A DNA stretch of 64,000 bases from the human T2T-CHM13v2.0 reference genome, Homo sapiens: NCBI RefSeq assembly GCF_009914755.1, contig NC_060945.1; one strand, 5' to 3'. This document shows positions 43,460-61,816 of this stretch, piece by piece. The notes beneath the pieces were generated by a model, which saw nothing but the letters and a program-made list of their open reading frames with translations, did not search any database and was not told where the DNA came from. The translations under genes and the position numbers were made by a program. Every line of letters starts with the position of its first letter. Positions within the stretch are counted from its first letter, which is position 1.

Positions 43460-43860
43460 GCAATTTTTTCTCATATAATAAGAAAGTCAGAGGTAAGGGG
43501 TTGCTTGCTTGGGTCCAGCTGTTCAGTAATGCCAGCCTGGACCTAAGTTACTATAATCTTTTCCCTCTTCCTTCCTCAGTGTGTTGGCATTTTTTTTCCT
43601 TAGGCTTGTTATCTCATGCAGCTGTTCCAGAAATCATATCTATGTTCACAGCAGGAGAAGGGGAATGTGGAAGAAATTTCCAGTATGCTTATATCTCATT
43701 GCCCAGAGCTGTACACTATGGCCAATCCAAGGGAGACTGGGAAAATGAGTATCCCTCCAGAGCTAGGGATAATGCTTTCCCAAACAAAATCAGGGTTCTG
43801 TCTTTCTGTCTGCAGGAAAAAGGGTAGAATAAATACTAGATTGGCAACTAGAAGTATCAG
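43460..43860 (-). mobile_element. Old MLT1 (J/K/L-like) LTR
   Basis: tctcatataataagaaagtcagaggtaagg, cttatatctcattgcccagagctgt, caaacaaaatcagggttctgt. Confidence 0.6.
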
Positions 43861-44004
43861 GTGAACTATGGTAAAAACCAACTCCCCAAAAGCTAGAAAT
43901 GAGGGGCCTGCTTCCCCCAACAACCTCAAAGGACTAGGAAGAACATCAATGAGGGAGAAGCCTGCACTCCTTGCCTCCTTGTCTCCATTTTATAGCCCCT
44001 CCCT

Positions 44005-44027
44005 CCCTCCCTCCCTCCTTTCTTTTT

Positions 44028-44089
<62 letters not shown>

Positions 44090-44091
44090 TT

Positions 44092-44123
<32 letters not shown>

Positions 44124-44459
44124 CTTCCTTCCTTCCTTCTTTCTTTCCTTCCTTCCTTCCTTCCTATTTTTGAGACAGAGTTTCTCCTCTGTCACTAAGG
44201 CTGGAGTGCAGTGGCATGATCACAGCTCACTGCAGCCTTGACCTCCTGGGTTCAAGAGATCCTCACCCCTAGGCCTCCTCAGTAGCTGGGACTACAGATG
44301 TATGCCACCATGCCCAGCTAATTTTTGTACTTTTTTGTACAGATGGTGTTTTGCCATATTGACCAGGCTGTTCTCAAACTCCTAGGCTCAAGAAATCCAC
44401 CCATCTCAGCCTCCCAAACTGTTGGGAACCACTTACAGGTGTGAGCCATTCACCCGGCC
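44005..44459 (-). mobile_element. AluJ with ~160-bp (CTTT)n/(CT)n/(CCTT)n tail
   Basis: atcacagctcactgcagccttgacctcc J motif; TSD tagcccctccct at 43993-44004 and 44460-44471. Confidence 0.93.
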
Positions 44460-47400
44460 TAGCCCCTCCCTTCTTAAGGTTTTATTACAGACTAGTCTAT
44501 TTCTGAAAGCTGTGACTCAACAGCTAACAAATGCCACAAATATTTCTAAATCCAATAACAGTCAACTATGCAATAATTGACAACTGATGTGCAGCATTGC
44601 AACAGCCTGAAGCCTTTTTATACACACTTGTAACAACAATGAAGCAGGTTTTAAAGGCCAGATAGCTGTACTCACCAAAGAAATCCACCATCTGGTCTCC
44701 ACTATGATGGCGTTTTAGATTAGAGGAGTTTTTTTTTCCCCCTCCCCACTATCTTTTGAAGAACAGGTGGTTGTCCTGGCCTTCCATCATGGAAAGGTTT
44801 CCCTTTTTATAAATGGCAACACAAAATATTCCATCCTGTTTTTTTGTAACTTTCTCCTGAAATCTTCTGCACCAAATCTGTTAAAGTTTCTTCTTCTCAA
44901 AATAGCTATGAGGAAGTTGACTTCTCAAGGGCAAAAACCTTTGCAGGGACCTCTTAGAATATGGAAATTGGACTTCTAAAATCTTCTTACTTGAAACAAA
45001 GTAGGTCAACTCTTTAAAAAGTATACCAGACATTTTTGACAACAGAATACCAAATAAATTTTAGATAATGACTGAACTGAATAAAATGCATGGACAAGGT
45101 AATAAAAATGGGAAAGTTAGAATACAATGAGAGTAATATATGTTAAGTATTTTTTCTTAAAGGTTATATTTATACACATTTTTAACATAAAAAAGGTGGA
45201 GAACATATTTGTCCTTCTTTCCATTCTCCGAGTTCTTTTAAAAGATATGGGAAACCTTTAATTATAAGTCAAGAGTAAATACTCCTACTGTGGTTCACTC
45301 CATCCAGGATAAATCCAGAATCACAAGGAAAATCTATAATTGTACTGATCCCTGAACATTTTGCGTTTCAATTTTTTCCTTCTCCTTCTTTTTTTTTTCT
45401 CCTCCACCTCTTGTTCTTCTATTCCAGTAAATATCCTGCTACACTATAGGCATTTGACAGTATGATATTAAATGACATTGCACCCTATAAATCTTTTATT
45501 CATCCTACAAAATCTTTGTAACATACATTACAGGATCTAAATTACTGCCCAGTAAGGAAAATCATCTCATATTTTAGAAACCATCTCTAATTTTCTGTGG
45601 CTTGTGCTATCTCCTCTTCTTCAGTTTAAAATAGTGTGTTTCAGCAAAGAGCAAATAAGTGAGTTAAAGACTAATTTACTTTATATTTTGGCATCCTGTA
45701 TTTTAAGTAACTTTTAAATGTATTAAATAGAATTATCCATAAAGAAGGAAGATAAAGCTAAGTATAAGTTTCTTATACATCTAAGTTTTAATTATAAAAA
45801 TTAATAATATTTATTTTGAATAACTGTGTCCTTTGTAGAGTTGTTCTGAAACACCGATGCAACCCTTATCTGTGAAAATGTCTAGATCTCCTGGGACAGA
45901 GTAATTGTATCTACCCTAAATTCAAGATTTATCTGTCATTTGACAATAAGTCATGTGATACTGTTTGTCTGAATTATACTTTAATGTTTAATCATAAATA
46001 TTTTTATGCATTATTTACCTCCCCAATTAGACTTCAAAATTCACAAAATATTCTGATTTTCCTCAGTGTCCTACACACCATAGGCTCTAGATTAATTACA
46101 AACTATGTTTCTCAAGCTTAACTGATAAACTTCTTTTTACAAATCACAATCCAGTTTAAGTGCATATAGAAACTACCTAATACAGAAAATCAATATGTAA
46201 AATAAATCAATTTTTCACTTACTTTGAATTTTCTTAAAGGATTTTTGGCAGAAACTTCTTTTCAAGTGCTTTAGTTTTGCTTTCTGCTGGGACTTTAAGT
46301 TTTTGAATTTTCTGCCTAAAGCTCATTGTGCAGTCTCTTCATCAATACTCAAGGAATCAAGAAATCATCCAATAATGACTCCCTCAACCAGCAGAAATCA
46401 GGCCCACATTTTTGAAGTCTGTGTAATTGTAAGTACAGTTGTAGATCTGTCTTCCATTCTGAAGATATAATAACACATGTTGTATAATACTAGTATAATT
46501 AAAGAACACAATGAAATGTTTCTGAAATGCTTCAGAATTAAGACTTCAGTATTTTAACAGGAAGTGCCAATCTGGTCAAAGTCATCAGGTTCTCCAGAAA
46601 TTTATAGCAAAGACTACTTGGCAGGAACCCAATATAAGTGACACATACAGAGAAACACACATACATAGACACGCACACTCATAAACACATAAGACTGTAA
46701 AAAGATGCCCTTGTTACACAAAGTGGCATGGAAAAGTTGGAGATAAACAGAGCCCATTTATATAATGAAGTGCCAGAAAAAGAAAATCAAAGAAACCAGT
46801 TGGTCTGTTTTTTGTATGTGTCATAGATCACCATCACCTATAAATTATCTGTATCAAGAAGCTATTAGCTAATACTGAGGAGACTAGAATATCTTAAACT
46901 GAGCCACACAAAATCTCTGATATAACATCTTTTTTTGATATTTAATTCAAAACTTAATTGAATGTTCATGCCTCAGTGGACTATTTGGTACATTAAGATA
47001 CAAGTTCTGTCAGAATGAAACTAGTCATTTTTAGATCATTTTGATATTTGATAAGACTCATTCTTCTTTCATTCTGTTTGATCATCCCTTGTGTGGAAAA
47101 GCCAAAGAAAATGCCAAACACTTATCTGTCATAAAAAGTGAAATATCTCTAGCAGGAATCCGATCATTCAGTATCATCGATAATCTCACGCAAATATCAT
47201 ACATAAAATATTTTTATGTTATGATTCAAACGTGGAGAAGGGAATGAGTCTATACCCTGTGTAGGAAGGCAGCCAAGTACTTTATCAACATGCTTTTACA
47301 TTTGGATTTCATTCCATTATAATCACAATGATAGCCTGTGTGGCGTGCATAATGCATTCTACATCTAGAAAATGGTTATGTCTAAAAATTCCATTCCTTC

Positions 47401-48781
47401 CCTTTCTGTGATAAAGATTTGTCTTCAACATCATCAATAGCTGAAGCAATGCTCATCTGTGACCATCTGTTCTTACTATAAAACAGTAGATTTTGGCAGA
47501 ATTTGCAAGCATTGAGCTTGTCGGAACGTTAGAACACCTGTTTGATCTTTACCATATCAGATCCTTCAGATGGTTGAGTGTAAATGGGAGGTTAGGTATA
47601 GGGAAAAAAGGGTTTTATTATTTCTTTTGAAATGGAAAATATAAAAATTTTTTCAGTTGATGATTATTCTCTACTGTTAAAAAAATTTATATACTAAGTA
47701 TTAAAAACTATGATTAATATTGAAACATCTAAAGTTAAATGAGGAAAATGTACAAATACAGTTTTGATTGTCCACACACAAAGAGATTGTTAATTTCATC
47801 TACTGAACACATATCTTGTTATACAGCAGTGTCTACATATCGTAGGTACTCAATCTGAGCATTAATTAGTAAATGAATGAATTAAAGTGTATTTGATTCT
47901 CATAATGAAAGGACTTTGCATTAATAATATTTCCATCTTTATAGATGAATAAAGGTGATGCGGGAATAATTTGCAGAGCTGCAACTCAGAGTGATTCCTT
48001 CTGCCTCAGTCACAGGCTTTCCATTAGGCAATGAGAGTAACCTGGTGTAAGATGTGTGTCCTGTATTAGTAACCTCTCAGTAGATACTAAAGAGACTAGA
48101 AATACCAAAGTCTGGAGTTGTTGGTTTGGAAAAGCTAGCCAGAGGAAGTGACTTTGAGTAGTTTTGTAAGCAGAAAGCAACACCTTTGAGAAGCTAGGAG
48201 GTAAAGGAAGGAGGTGGCATGTGAATCCTTGGAACAAGCATGTTCACTAGAGCAGTGTCAAAAGCAGGCAGTGAGGAGATGTTTCTATTTACGCGGAGGG
48301 AAGAATAATTGGGAGAGGAATTTGAAACCTATAATTGGGAGCTTGGATTTGATACAAAGCTGAATTGGGCAAGTGATTGATGTGACTAAAACAACAGCAG
48401 TGATGAGTGCTGCTGCTGGGTGAAGAATGGATTGGCAGGCCAGGGCAGCTGGCTGCCTGGAAGGCTGGCACAGCCGTACCCACCCCATATCAGTTGCTGA
48501 TGTCAGTGGACCGACCCAAGATGAAGAAACGCTATTGGGACAGGATCCACAAGCTGGAGCAATGGTCTCCAGGCTCCCTTAAGCCCTTAGGTCTCTATGC
48601 CCTTAGAGAAATCAGGATGAGTTACGTGATGACAGAAGCTCTTCCTTTTTCTTTTTGCTTGAAATGTAATCTTTTTTGTGCTATTTAGTGTATCATATTT
48701 GTATGTGAACTCCAGCAAAGTATTTTTTGTTTTGTTTTGTTATTGAAGCACCTCCAAAACATTCTGAGGGAATTTAAATTT

Positions 48782-48950
48782 GGCCGGACACAGTGGCTTA
48801 TGCCTGTAATCCCAGCACTTTGGGAGGCTTAGGCGGGTGGATCACCCGAGGTCAGGAGTTCGAGACCAGCATGAGCTAACATGGAGAAACCCCACCTCAA
48901 CTGAAGATACAATTAGCTGGGCATGGTGACACACGCCTATAGTTCCTACT
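48782..48950 (+). mobile_element. Alu (Sp-like) 5' portion only, about consensus 1-170
   Basis: AACATGGAGAAACCCC; match stops at ...cctact; no right-arm end or tail. Confidence 0.88.
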
Positions 48951-48989
48951 TTTATTATAATATAAAATAATACAGTTGTTGAAATTGGA

Positions 48990-49540
48990 TGGAAATTTAA
49001 AGATTATCTTGTCTAACTGTTTTACTTTTCAAACTAGGAAATTGAGACTTTAAGAGATGAAGTGATTTCATTCACACATTCATTCATTCTTTTAGCACAA
49101 GCTCTGGAGTCAGATTCATCTTAGGTTTGAATCCTGGTTTTTTATTTATTATCTGGGTAACCTTAGAAAAGGCATTTGATTTTCTCGGTTTCTTCATCTA
49201 CAAAATAGAGATAAGTATGGTGCAATAGTTATTATACTATGAATAAAACATTCTTTTTCAAATCACTATAGTGTGGTAGCTAATGGTGTACAATCTGGAG
49301 CCAGACTGCTTGGGTTTAATACCCAACTCTACTACTCACAAGCAATGAAAACTTGGAAAAGCTGCCTAATCCCTCTGTGCCTCAGTTCCTTCTTTTGTAA
49401 TGTGGGGTATGTATAATCTATATTTATATAGCATTTAAATGAGAAAATATATTTGTATGTTTTACCAGACTTAACCTTCAGCAAACAGCCTGGATAAATG
49501 CTCACTATATGTAGGGCTGTTATTGTCATTACTCTCATTG
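48990..49540. mobile_element. Cluster of three MIR fragments
   Basis: ggaaattgagactttaagagatgaagtga (-); gctctggagtcagatt..tttgaatcctgg (+); ctggagccagactgcttgggtttaa..ccctctgtgcctcagttcc (+). Confidence 0.75.
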
Positions 49541-50006
49541 CTTTTGGTTAGTACCGCTTGCGTGTTGGGCACTGAATTGATGTAGAATATACAGAGAGAA
49601 AGACACAGCTCCTTCCCTCAAGAATTCAGAGTCTAGGCAGATGATGTAAGGAAAGTAACAACTACAATTCAGTGTGATAAGTACTAGCATGGAGGTTGCC
49701 CCATCTCTCCTAGAGCTCAAAGAGGCCTGAGTGAATCAGGATCCAGTCATTACAGGAGAGTCATTGGAGAGTCACTTGAGAGGTGGCAGGAGTGGTCAGC
49801 AAACCCTTCAGGGAGGTGAAGCATTAGTGCGTGTGTGTTGGGAGCCTGCAGAACAGAGAATAAATCAGCAAAACAGAGGGCAGGTGCTAGGTTAGAGAAA
49901 ATCCAACAGTCGGTGGTTGTTTTGTACCGCTGGTTGTAGGTTGCACATGAGGAATAGTGAGAGGTAGGGCTGGGTAGTTACAAAGTGGATTGATGAAGAA
50001 GGGCCT

Positions 50007-50565
50007 TGTATTAGTCAGGGTTCTCTAGAGGGACAGAACTAATTGGATATATGTATATATGAGATGGAGTTTATTAAGGAGAATTGACTCTCATGATCAT
50101 AAGGTAAAGTCCCACGAGAGACCATCTGCAAGTTGAGGAACGAGGAAGCCAGTGGTGGATCAGCCCAAGTCCCAAAACCTCAAAAGTAGGGAAGCCAACA
50201 GTACAGCCTTCAATCTGTAGTCAAAGGCCCAAGAGCCCCTGGAAAACCACTGGTATCAGTCCAAGAGTCCAAAAGCTGAAGAAATTGGAGTCTGATGTTC
50301 AAGGGCAGGAAGCATCCAGCATGGGAGAAGGATGAAGGCCAGAAGACTCAGCAAGTCTGTTCTTCTGTCTTCTCCTGCCTGCTTTATTCTAGCTGCACTG
50401 GCAGCTGATTAGATGGTGCCCACCCAGACCGAGGATAGGTCTGCCTTTCCTAGTTCGCTGACTCAAATGTTAATCTCCTTTGGCGACACCCACACAGACA
50501 TGCCCAGAAACAATACTTTGCGTCCTTCAATCCAATGAAGTTGACATTCAGTATCAACCATCACA
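50007..50565 (-). mobile_element. MLT2A (MLT2A2-like, ERVL) solo LTR inserted in L2
   Basis: tgtattagtcagggttctctagagggacagaactaa ... aagttgacattcagtatcaaccatcaca; perfect 5-bp TSD ggcct. Confidence 0.92.
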
Positions 50566-51809
50566 GGCCTTATAAACACACTGCTCAACTATGTGCACTT
50601 TAGCCTGAAAGCCATGAGATGCAATTAAAAGATTTTAATCGGCGGGATGGCCTGATTAGGTTCTCTTTGCCAAAAATTGATGAGTGCCCCCTGGATCCAC
50701 TTCTGTTTGAGTATATGGATACTGCAACATATTCACCTGTTTAACTTGGCTATTTCCCCTTCTCCTGACAGATGGTAAATTCCTTGAAGGCAGTCATCTG
50801 GCTTTCTATTCCCAACATCTGTCATAATATCTATAAGTAGCCATTTAATATGTTTAGAATGAACAAATGAATGGAAAAGACTGCAAGCAAATATTCAATT
50901 AAGATGCTTTTTCCTCCTTAATCCATGAGAATTGATACGGATCTAATAGTGGTGGTGGCAGGGGGCTCAGAAAAGGGATGGGTTCAACAGATATTTAAGT
51001 AAGAATATTGACAAGCCTTGGAGTTAGAGGCTGACTTGGAGGCAAAAAGAACTAATCTAGAATGACCTTGAGATTTCAAGTGTGGTCAACTCAGTGGATG
51101 ATGGTAACATTCACTGGGAGTGAAAACCCAGGGGTAGGTTCACAGATGAAGAGAATGAGTGTATTTCTGGGCATGTCTAGTTCAACGAACCTGCGGATCA
51201 AATGAAGGAATGTCTAGGAGGCATGTGGATAGGGAGATCTCGTCAAAATCCTTGAGAATCACACCTTTTAACTCACAGTTCATTGCACTTTCCCCCTTTG
51301 TAATGCCTTTTTGAAAGAAAAAACAGGCAAACAACAACTACAAGAATATTAAAGCAATTTGTACATAAAGATTTTTTAATGGTTACAAAATCAAAAGGGA
51401 TATTTTTCTTGACCATGTGTCTGGAATGCCCTTAGCCCATCCATGTCTCTCGAAAAGATCCAAGGTGAACAGTAACTCCTCCAAGAAATCTTGCCACATC
51501 CTCCCAGATGTAATGAACATTCACGCAGCAGTTGATTTTACTTTGTCTATAGCACTTGTTGCAGTGTATTCAGGTCTTCATATTGGTCTTCCTTTAATAC
51601 ATGCAGGACAGTATCATCATTAGTATGGATTTTGGAATCAGACGTATAAGATTTTGAAATTTCAGCTTTGCCACTTAGCTGAATGATCTGGGGAAAGCAG
51701 TTTACCTTCTCTTAGCCTCGGGTTTTCACATACGTGAAATTCAGAGGACAGTAGATAATGTGAAGGTTTGAAGGCTTCCACTGACTTCTCATCATACTCA
51801 GTGTAGCAC

Positions 51810-52440
51810 TTTCATCTCCTCTCCTTGTTTCCTTTGCTCCAGCCACACTGACCTCTGTGTTGTCCCTGAAATAACCAAGGCACATATTTTCTACCCAGAG
51901 TGCCCTCCCCGCAACTACCTGCATGGCTATCTCCCTCGCTTTTTTCCAAATATTTTCACTAAACTGATATTCTATCCTATAGCTACAATAGAGAAGAAAA
52001 TGCTGCTGAGTCTAATATGGAACACCTGCATGCATATTGACAAAGGCTGGAAGCAAATACACTCCAAAGGGAAGTTGTATCAGTGAGGCGAATTGTGTGC
52101 AAACTGTTCTCCTGATACATTATTGCTTTTGATGTAGTTTTGTCATTTGAAATGCAATTAAAAACTCAATTTCTCGTGAGCTTTTCCCCTGGGTACCCTA
52201 GGTAAAATTTCAGTATCACACTGCAATATTTTCCTTCTCTGCTTCATTCTTTCCCCTTAGCATTTATTGCAACTTAATATGCTACATATTTTACTTATTT
52301 TTGTTTGTGTACCAAAAAGGAAAACAAGTTCTTTGAAGATGGGGAATTTTGTCTGTCTTGTTCCCTGCCATATCCCCAGTATCTAGGACAATGCCCAGAA
52401 TATATAGGCACTCAAAAAATGTATTTTGAATGAATGAATT
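51810..52440 (+). mobile_element. L2a 3' region (with unrelated internal segment)
   Basis: gctccagccacactgacctct..., tccccagtatctaggacaatgccc...aggcactcaaaaaatgtattttgaatgaatgaa. Confidence 0.7.
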
Positions 52441-54626
52441 TTATATATACATTGCTTATCACAGTATCTGACATATAACACATATCTGTCACATAGTAGC
52501 TGTTAAGGTTGTGAATTTTGCTAATATTTTGCAGGATCTTTAGAAGTCAGGAAATACACTGTATTCACTATCTTATGACTTCTACTACAGAGGAAGCCTA
52601 AGAGATAAAAGAATGAATGAACTGACCAATTCTATGTAAAGATTAGCTACTTGGGTCACTATTGGTGATGTGGTGGCTGCCTCGGAATCAACACTACAGA
52701 GCTGGAGAGAGGCTGGAAGCAGAGTGGACTCAGCACAGTGGCTCTGTAAACGTGAGCAACCCCACCTCACCCCATCCAAACTCCCCTCATTTTTAGAAAG
52801 GAGCTTATTGTCAAGGGCACTTTGTAGCTCTTGCAGCCTCTGAGTCTGTGGGTTCCAAAAGGTGAGGCAAAAGGCAAAATCTTTTACCCCCTTAACCTAA
52901 AAAACTCAAATTTCCTTACAATGAATGAGAAGCGGATTTAAAACAATCAGATTACACAATACTTCATATAGTCCTGTGTGCATGTGTGTGTGCACATACA
53001 CACAATCTCGACCTGATAATTTTTCATGCCTTTGTCTGAGTGATTTGTAGCAAGTATGAAGGTATTTCCAAAGTGTTATTAATGACTTAGAAAGTGGGAA
53101 CTGTGTCAAAACCAAGCTTAGCTAGTTCGGTGGCAGGTGGTACCAAGAGGCAGAGTGAATTTCAAGTTGAAATTACAAAGAACCATTGATCCTGACAGTA
53201 AAGCATGCCTGCAAATGAAATTGACATGGAATGATCCTGACGTTGAAATATTATCTTAAAATCTTGAAAAGCATGGCAGAGAATTCAATTATATAACTAA
53301 GGGGAATTGGAGAAAATGAAGAAATTGGTAGCGATCTTTCCTTCAAACATGTATTTTCCTCTATAGGTCAGGCTCACTTTGCACATAATTAGTTACCCTT
53401 GTTTCTCACTTCATTGCTTAATCAATTTCAATAATGATTTAGCTTTATTATTAGAAAATTTTACATTCATGTTAAACCCAAAACAAATTTGAAAAGCTGC
53501 AGAAGTAATTTGAGTCCAGGTTATAAAAAATAACGTTAGTCCAGGACTTGGAGTGAATTAATGTGACATCTTAAAAGCTTTGGGTTATAATCTGGGTTCT
53601 GCCACAGGCAGCCATAAACCATGGGCAAGTTATTTAATCTCTGATTTTTAGAATCTTTAGCTGTAAAGCACAAGCATAATAATTCCCACTTCATTGTAGC
53701 TGTTCTGAAGCACAAATGATATATGTGATTGGGCCAAGTATATAAAACAAGACTGACAAAGTCATTTTGACATATATTTGAATAAAACTGCCATATCTTA
53801 TCTTATAGACTTGAACAATTGTGTAAAGCCAGGAGGAGGAGAAATATTTGCAGTTATATTTTAGAGATGAGGAAACATGATCAGAAGGATTAAAGTAACT
53901 TGCCCTAGTTACCAGGCCGAGTTAAATTTCATGTCTTTAGCTTCTTCGCCTACTGAGTCTTAATTCTACCACTCATACATGTTCTAATAATCTGTTCTTG
54001 GGTGAATATCACAAGAATCCTGGTATTAATAGAATTTTCCCCTTTTCTTTCCTAAAGACCTAATTATACTTTAAATTACTTGTTTCTGCAGCAGATACCT
54101 TTATTCTACCAGCTGCAAACAGCAGAACAAAAGTCCCTGCCCCATGAAGCTGATATTGTGGTGCAATTCACTCAGCCAACATTCCTAAGTGCTACGATGC
54201 CCTCGACACAGTCTGGGAACAAGTCCCCTCCTAACATTGTGGGTGAGGAAATACACCAGGAAAGGCTGACAGAAGGGATGACAGGGCAAAAGGTTCTATG
54301 GGCACAGGTCAGGTGAGGGGGTTAGTTCAGCCCTAATGCATCCAGTAAGTCATGCCAGAGACACTGACTAATAAGCTTGGTCTTAGACTATGAGAGGACA
54401 ATCTAGTTACCTGAAACCAAAGTAGAAGATTCCATCTGGAAAAAGATCTCCCCGTTGCTTTAAAAATTAGTATGTTTGGTTTCGTACCTAAAAAGATAGC
54501 ATACCTGCTGGGTTATTAGACCATATGCAATAATTAGGCTTCTTAACAAAAAGACAATTAATAGTTCTTTAATATAGTGTGCTTTTTAGTGGATTCAGAA
54601 ATCATGCTGATAGCATACTTTTCTTA

Positions 54627-54874
<248 letters not shown>

Positions 54875-55959
54875 TTGTGAAAACATCTACTTATATAATC
54901 TAATGGCTTTTTTCATATTCTTATTGTAATACAACATATCTGGGCTTTCTCTAAAAGTCAGTTTTTAACTGGCCTTCTTTTTAAATGATTTACCAAATTG
55001 AAATGAGAATTAAATTTTGAAATCAGCTAAATATATACAATATTGCTCAAAGTGTCCTGAAATTACTCTGAAGGACTAGCATTAACAACACCTAAATTTG
55101 TGATTAGGTCTGAGGTCATTCAGGGCTTTTTGTTACTTTTGATTGTTTTTTAAGACCTACTACAGTTTAGCTTCGAGTAAGTATGCAGTCCTGGAGCACC
55201 TAGGATTTCCTGATACACTTTTGTACAATAATCCTTTCTAAGCTTGGCTATTATTGCTGCCTTCCATGCCTATGCAGGTTTGTCTGACTGGCCTAATGGA
55301 TGTTTTAAATCCAGTCCTTCAAAGTTTTTCATGCGTCTTTTCATTCTTGCCTTGCTGTCCTGATCAGTCTCTTGTCATAGTCATGTAAGGAAGTATAGTA
55401 TCTATAGAGTGATAAGGCATGCTGCTTTACCTTTTTTTTTTTTTGGTATGTTTTGCTATTACTTAATAAACATATTTATAAACCACTCCCAGAGCTGATA
55501 ATCTAGTTCTATTTTTAATCTCTTAGGACAAAATTTAGAGAATAACCTCAAGGGGACTGATTATAGAGATGTCATTTTCAGGTGACCAGAGGGAGGATTT
55601 GGGGACATCTTGGTGGCATGTACTCTATGCTCCTTGTGCCAGGGCTGCCCCAGACTGAAGTAGAAGAAAATGATGCAGATGGACTTACTCAGTTGAACTG
55701 AGATGGGACAGAAATCGTCAGGTCATGCTGAGGAAGAATTACCTTCCCAAATGTCTCAGACACATGCCCAACTAAATGCTTATTACATATTCAGTACAAA
55801 AACACACTGATTCCTTTAGTTAGCAAAGATTCCTTAACTACCTTCTATGTATTAAGCACTGTGCTGGGTACAGAAAACACATGATAAATACATTTTCTAT
55901 GTAAGGAAAACTCAAAGTGGCAAATGCTGAGAGATTTTGTCACCACCAGGCCTGCCTTA

Positions 55960-56003
55960 TGAGACTCTGTCTCAAAAAAAAAAAAAAAGAAAATAAAAAG
56001 AAA
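55960..56003 (+). mobile_element. Alu 3' stub (14 nt plus A-rich tail) inside L1 ORF1
   Basis: tgagactctgtctc(A)n interrupts the L1 consensus GCCTTA^CAAGAGCTCC. Confidence 0.85.
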
Positions 56004-56143
56004 AAGAGCTCCTGAAGGAAGCACTAAATATGGAAAGGAACAACTGGTACCAGCCACTGCAAAAACATGCCAAATTGTAAAGACCATCAATGCTATGAAG
56101 AAACTGCATCAATTAATGGGCAAAATAACCAGCTAGCATCATA

Positions 56144-59958
<3,815 letters not shown>

Positions 59959-61298
59959 ACAATGAGAACACATGGACACAGGGAGGGGAACATCACACAC
60001 CAGGGCCTGTGGGGAATGGGATGCTAGGGGAGGGTTAGCATTAGAAGAAATACCAAATGTAGGTGACAGGCGATGGGTGCCGCAAACCACCATGGCATGT
60101 GTATACCTATGTAACAAAACTGCACGTTCTGCACATGTATCCCAGAACTTAAAGTATAATAATCATTAAAAAAAGAAAACTCAAAATATTGTGGACACTT
60201 TTTTTTGGGAAAAAAAAGGACTCAAATAACCTAAATTTGTTTTTTTTTAAAACTGAAATTGGAACTATTATGACTATATAGTGTATGAATGAATACTGTG
60301 TAAAATCAGCAAGAGCAGGGACTGAGTCTTGCTCACTTTTGTGTTCTTAGCTTAACACAATCCAGCCAGAGAATGAATGAGTCTGCAATGTTTATGGAGC
60401 AAATGGATAGACTGATCAGTGCAGGGTGTTCTCTGACTGTTCAGCCCTCAATGACTCACGCTTCTCAGACCTACTGCAATCACTTTCATGGGGTTGCAAT
60501 GATTTTACATGTGCTAGTCTCTTTTTATCGATCAGCTGTTCTGATTGAAACATGTACTTGTGCAGGGACCAGGATGGGCCCTTCTGAACTCCCCGGAAGC
60601 ATGTGGCAGAGCTATGGAAAGCACCCTACCAAGGGCTGGAACCAGGAAGTGTTGACCTGAGCCAGAACACTGTCATGTACCCAGCTCTGTTCTAACAGAT
60701 CAACACTTCTCAGTGGAGTCCTTTGTGTTAGGACTGCTACCCAAGGCCCTTCTCTGGGGAGGGTATCTCAAAATTCCTCCTGCCTCCCACAGCGTTCATG
60801 TGGCCACACTCTGGGTTAACCGACATGCTCTGACTTCAGAGTTCCAAAGGGTCACACCGCTATACGTGCTGCAGCAATTATCAGGCCACACGAGGTCCTC
60901 TCTGAGCCTCCGAGCGGTCTCATGATCCTAGGCAGTGTGAAACATACTGAAAATTTAGAATCAGAGGGTCAGAGTGCCATTATTTAAACCAACTCATTTT
61001 AAACCTGGATCAAAGCCAATGGCTCAGAGCAATTTAGAAACATGATTATTTGCTGACTGAGTGGGGCCAAATTTTGGCTCCTTCCTTACTTGATCATGAC
61101 AAAGTATTTGGGAATTCAAATCTGAAATCGTCTGTTACCCACACAGAGCACTCCCCTTTGTGTATTAAAGAGCAAGTTATATTAAGTTACACTGACTTCT
61201 CCCAGATTCACCAGGAAGGAGGAAGGCTGGGTCCTAGAAGGTCTATAAAATGGACAGTTAAAATGGCCCAAGCAAAGGGCTTTTCAAAACTTATTTTT

Positions 61299-61816
<518 letters not shown>

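Noticed and set aside
50400-50540. DUX4-responsive embryonic promoter in the MLT2A LTR
   Set aside because: Both candidate sites (tgattagatgg, caatccaatga) have two mismatches to the TAAYYYAATCA-type motif; no sequence evidence of activity
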